From Escherichia phage PSD2001, in sequence record OK254198.1: 64,000 nt of DNA. The stretch is one strand, 5' to 3'. The notes under the pieces are model-generated. The model was given only the letters and a program-made list of their open reading frames with translations, ran no database searches and was not told the origin of the DNA. Each line of letters starts with the position of its first letter. Position 1 is the stretch's first letter. The position numbers and the translations under genes were made by a program. Below are positions 60,753 through 64,000 of this stretch, in pieces.

Positions 60753-61931
60753 TTATAGATATTTACGGAAACCAGCAAGAACATTCTCATCGACGTCATT
60801 GTCAATCTGGGCTACCAGGTAAGCAGACAACTCAACTTCTTGTGGTGCAGATTGCACATTATCAGAGTTAAGATATTCGCGAATCCATGGAATCGGGTGC
60901 TTAGTAGATTCTAACACGATTTCACAAGGGAGACCGCATTGCTTCATACGAGAAACCGTCAGGTAATCGATGAACCGGTTAAGAATCTCGACGCTCAACC
61001 CAGGGAGTCCACCGTCTTTAAACAGATGCACGGCCCATTCTTTTTCCTGGCGATTAACTTCCATGAAAATGGCTGCGGCTTCTGCTTCACATTCGTGTGC
61101 AATTTTAACCCATTCGTCGCCGTCGGTGCCAGTCTGCAACTGACGAAGAATATATTGGGTCCCCTTAAGGTGGAGCTGTTCATCACGGGCGATGAACTTC
61201 ATTATCTTCGCATTGCCTTCCATGATTTCCATGTTCTTATGGAAGTTGAAAGTACAGGCAAAAGATACATAAAAACGAATGGCTTCCAGGGCATTAATGA
61301 CATGCAGACAGAGATAAAGAGACTTCATCAATGCTCGTTTGGCGATAGCTTCTTGTTTGATAGCTCGTTCCAAACGTTCGTCCGCTTCGGGAGTTTCTTT
61401 GGCCAGTTCAACAAAAGCAATCTGGTTTTGCCATTGACGAGTTTTATTCAGAACATCATCATAGTAATGGCCAATGGATTCTGCTCGCTTCATGATTGCA
61501 TCATCTAACAGGATTTCGTCGAATACCTTCGCCGGGTCCGTATAGAGATTTCGCATGATGTGCGTATAAGAACGAGAGTGAATTGTCTCGCTGAATGTCC
61601 AGGTCTGAATCCATGTATCAAGACTCGGGTCGGAAACTAATGCGGCTAATGCTGCAGCTGGAGCACGACCCTGTATACTATCCAGAAGTGATTGGTATTT
61701 CAGGTTATTTGTAAAAATATTTTGCTGATGGACAGGAAGCTTATTAAATTGGGCTCCATCCATCATCAGGTTTACTTCCTCAGGTCGCCAGAAGAATGAT
61801 AATTGCCTTTCTGTTAATTCTTCGAAAACTTTATGACGCTGGATATCATAACGGGCGATGCCCAATCCAGAACCGAAGAACATCGGCTCGGCTAAAACAT
61901 CCACCGGAGTGGTATTAAAAACTGTACTCAT
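60753..61931 (-). CDS. nrdB: Ribonucleotide reductase small subunit NrdB (class Ia beta)
   Basis: 392 aa, uninterrupted; diiron-tyrosyl radical protein signature blocks. Confidence 0.92.
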   Translation of the reverse strand: MSTVFNTTPVDVLAEPMFFGSGLGIARYDIQRHKVFEELTERQLSFFWRPEEVNLMMDGAQFNKLPVHQQNIFTNNLKYQSLLDSIQGRAPAAALAALVSDPSLDTWIQTWTFSETIHSRSYTHIMRNLYTDPAKVFDEILLDDAIMKRAESIGHYYDDVLNKTRQWQNQIAFVELAKETPEADERLERAIKQEAIAKRALMKSLYLCLHVINALEAIRFYVSFACTFNFHKNMEIMEGNAKIMKFIARDEQLHLKGTQYILRQLQTGTDGDEWVKIAHECEAEAAAIFMEVNRQEKEWAVHLFKDGGLPGLSVEILNRFIDYLTVSRMKQCGLPCEIVLESTKHPIPWIREYLNSDNVQSAPQEVELSAYLVAQIDNDVDENVLAGFRKYL

Positions 61932-61969
61932 TTTATTTCCTCAATAGCTCATCCATGAGCATAATTATA

Positions 61970-64000
61970 TCAAAGTTTACAGGCGGAGCAGTCTTCTGCT
62001 TTAGGAGCTTCGATTTCGTAATCGTCTGTTCCGGAACCATCTCTAGTGTTATGATAATAAAGGTTTTTTCCACCAAAATACCAGAAGTACATCAGGTCGT
62101 CAAGCATAACTGACATCGGAACTTTTCCTTTCGGATAATTCTGCGGGTCATAATACGTATTTGCCGATGCTGACTGACAAATCCATTTCAACATAATCGC
62201 GACTTGGGTCAGATAAGGTTTGTTACCTTGCTTAGCTAGCACCCATGCGTAATCGTACAATCCTTTATTGTGCTCAATATTGGGCACGACTTGATTAAAG
62301 GAACCCTCTTTTGACTCTTTAATAGAGACTGGTCCACGCGGAGGTTCGATACCGTTTGTACTGTTAGAAACTTGGGAAGATGACTCACAAGGCATAAGTG
62401 CTGATAATGTGCTATTACGGATGCCATATTCAACCAGGTCTTCCCGCAACTGCGCCCAGTCACAAACGTAGTTTGGAGCTGCGATTTGGTCAATCTTTTT
62501 ATTGTACCAGTCGATAGGTAATTCGCCTCGAGCCCAACGAGTGTCTGAATAATATTCGCAAGGTCCTTTTTCTTTGGCGAGCTTGATTGATGCTCGGATA
62601 AGGCCATATTGTAATCTCTCGAACAGTTCATGCGTTAAATCGTTTGCATCAGCGTAGGAAGCGAAATTGCTTGCCAGCCATGCAGCATAGTTAGTAACCC
62701 CAACACCCAGGTTACGGCGTTTTTTGGCTTTCAGAGCTTCTTTAACCGGATAACCCTGATAGTCCAACAGGTTATCAAGAGCACGAACTTGAACTTCGGC
62801 CAGTTCATTAATCTTATCTTGGTCTTGCCAGTCAAAACTATCCAGAACAAATGCAGACAATGTGCACAATCCGATTTCAGCGTCTTCGTTGTTCACATCA
62901 GTAGTCGGGATTGCAATTTCGCAGCAAAGGTTTGATTGACGAATCGGAGCCTTGTCACGGATAAACGGAGTGTAGTCATTCACGTTATCGACGAACTGCG
63001 GATAAACCCTGGCTGTACCGGAACGTTCGGTCATGAATAATTCAAATACATCTTTTGCTTTGATGCGCTTCTTACGAACCGTCGGGTCTTTTTCTAAGGC
63101 TTCATATAACTCGCGGAATTTATCCGGGTTATCAAAATATGAATAATACAATTCACCGCCAGCTTCGTGTGGACTAAACAGAGTGATGTAATCATTCTTA
63201 GCCAGTCGTTCCATCATCAGGTTATTCAGCTGGACACCATAGTCCATATGTCTGATGCGGTTTTCTTCAACGCCCTTGTTGTTCTTCAGAACGAGTAAAT
63301 TTTCAACTTCCAAATGCCAAATAGGATAATAAGCAGTAGCAGCGCCGCCACGGATTCCACCTTGTGAACATGATTTAACAGCCGTTTGGAAATGTTTCCA
63401 GAACGGAATAACACCAGTATGCTTGACTTCGCCCATACCGATTTTCGAACCTTCGGCACGAATCATGCCAACGTTGATACCGATACCTGCACGCTTACTG
63501 ATATATTCGATGATTGAATTAGCAGTCTTATTAATTGACTTCAGGGAGTCAGCCGCTTCGATAACCACACAGGAACTGAACTGTCGGGTAGGTGTTCTGG
63601 CGCCCGCCATGATAGGTGTGGGCAACGAAACCTGTCGGGTGGATACTGCATCATAAAAACGGCAAACGTGCTTCAGGCGGTCCGTTGGTTCATCCTGGTG
63701 CAGTGCCATGCCGATAGCCATGATAGCGAATTGCGGAGTCTCGTAGATTTTACCAGTGGTTTTATCTTTAACCAGGTATTTCTCTTTAAGTTGCATCGCG
63801 CCTGCATAAGTCAGGTCAAAATCACGTTCATGCTTGATACGAGATTCCAGATAAGTAATCTCTTCGGCCGAGTAGCTTGACAACAGCTCCGGGTCGTATT
63901 TGCCTTCATTAACACAATAAGAAATCTGGTCAATAAAAGAACGCGGCTCAAATTGTCCATAAACATCTTTACGCAGAGCAAACATCGTAGCTTTGGCTGC
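61970..64000 (-). CDS. nrdA: Ribonucleotide reductase large subunit NrdA (class Ia alpha), N-terminus beyond window end
   Basis: Frame open to position 64000; more than 670 aa matching remembered T4 NrdA over long stretches (e.g. PTPIMAGARTPTRQFSSCVVIE, SNLCCEIAIPT, C-terminal DDYEIE...C.ACKL). Confidence 0.93.
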   Translation of the reverse strand, partial: AAKATMFALRKDVYGQFEPRSFIDQISYCVNEGKYDPELLSSYSAEEITYLESRIKHERDFDLTYAGAMQLKEKYLVKDKTTGKIYETPQFAIMAIGMALHQDEPTDRLKHVCRFYDAVSTRQVSLPTPIMAGARTPTRQFSSCVVIEAADSLKSINKTANSIIEYISKRAGIGINVGMIRAEGSKIGMGEVKHTGVIPFWKHFQTAVKSCSQGGIRGGAATAYYPIWHLEVENLLVLKNNKGVEENRIRHMDYGVQLNNLMMERLAKNDYITLFSPHEAGGELYYSYFDNPDKFRELYEALEKDPTVRKKRIKAKDVFELFMTERSGTARVYPQFVDNVNDYTPFIRDKAPIRQSNLCCEIAIPTTDVNNEDAEIGLCTLSAFVLDSFDWQDQDKINELAEVQVRALDNLLDYQGYPVKEALKAKKRRNLGVGVTNYAAWLASNFASYADANDLTHELFERLQYGLIRASIKLAKEKGPCEYYSDTRWARGELPIDWYNKKIDQIAAPNYVCDWAQLREDLVEYGIRNSTLSALMPCESSSQVSNSTNGIEPPRGPVSIKESKEGSFNQVVPNIEHNKGLYDYAWVLAKQGNKPYLTQVAIMLKWICQSASANTYYDPQNYPKGKVPMSVMLDDLMYFWYFGGKNLYYHNTRDGSGTDDYEIEAPKAEDCSACKL

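Overview
This window is a contiguous segment of a T4-like (Tevenvirinae-type) myovirus genome, recognised by protein-level similarity to remembered T4 sequences and by T4 gene order; no database search was run. The plus strand carries the late morphogenesis genes: baseplate wedge 6 (5'-truncated by the window edge), 7, 8, 9, 10, 11, short tail fibre 12, fibritin wac, neck 13/14, 15, terminase 16/17, tail sheath 18, tail tube 19, portal 20, prohead core 67/68, protease 21, scaffold 22, major capsid 23 and vertex 24 (present as two tandem paralogs), then uvsW and baseplate hub/tube genes 51, 27, 28, 29, 48, 54. The minus strand carries rnlB, hoc, inh, uvsY, 25, 26, two tandem alt ADP-ribosyltransferase paralogs, DNA ligase 30, a block of small ORFs including a YbiA/NADAR-like and a HAD-like protein, rIII, 31, cd, pseT, a spanin pair, an alc-like gene, rnlA, denA, nrdB and nrdA (5'-truncated by the window edge). 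A plus-strand HNH endonuclease gene sits among the minus-strand early genes. Regulatory signals follow the T4 pattern: TATAAATA late promoters, MotA-box middle promoters, GTTTAC/TATAAT early promoters with 18-bp spacers, and a family of GC hairpin plus T-run terminators. No rRNA, tRNA or CRISPR was seen. I did not find a clearly novel multi-gene system; the most unusual features are the duplicated genes (24, alt, a 70-aa pair, an alc N-domain), a recurring promoter-leader cassette, a conserved GGTTCTAGACC motif after promoter -10 elements, and an antisense ORF between genes 23 and 24. All functional calls are from memory and synteny and need a homology search to confirm.
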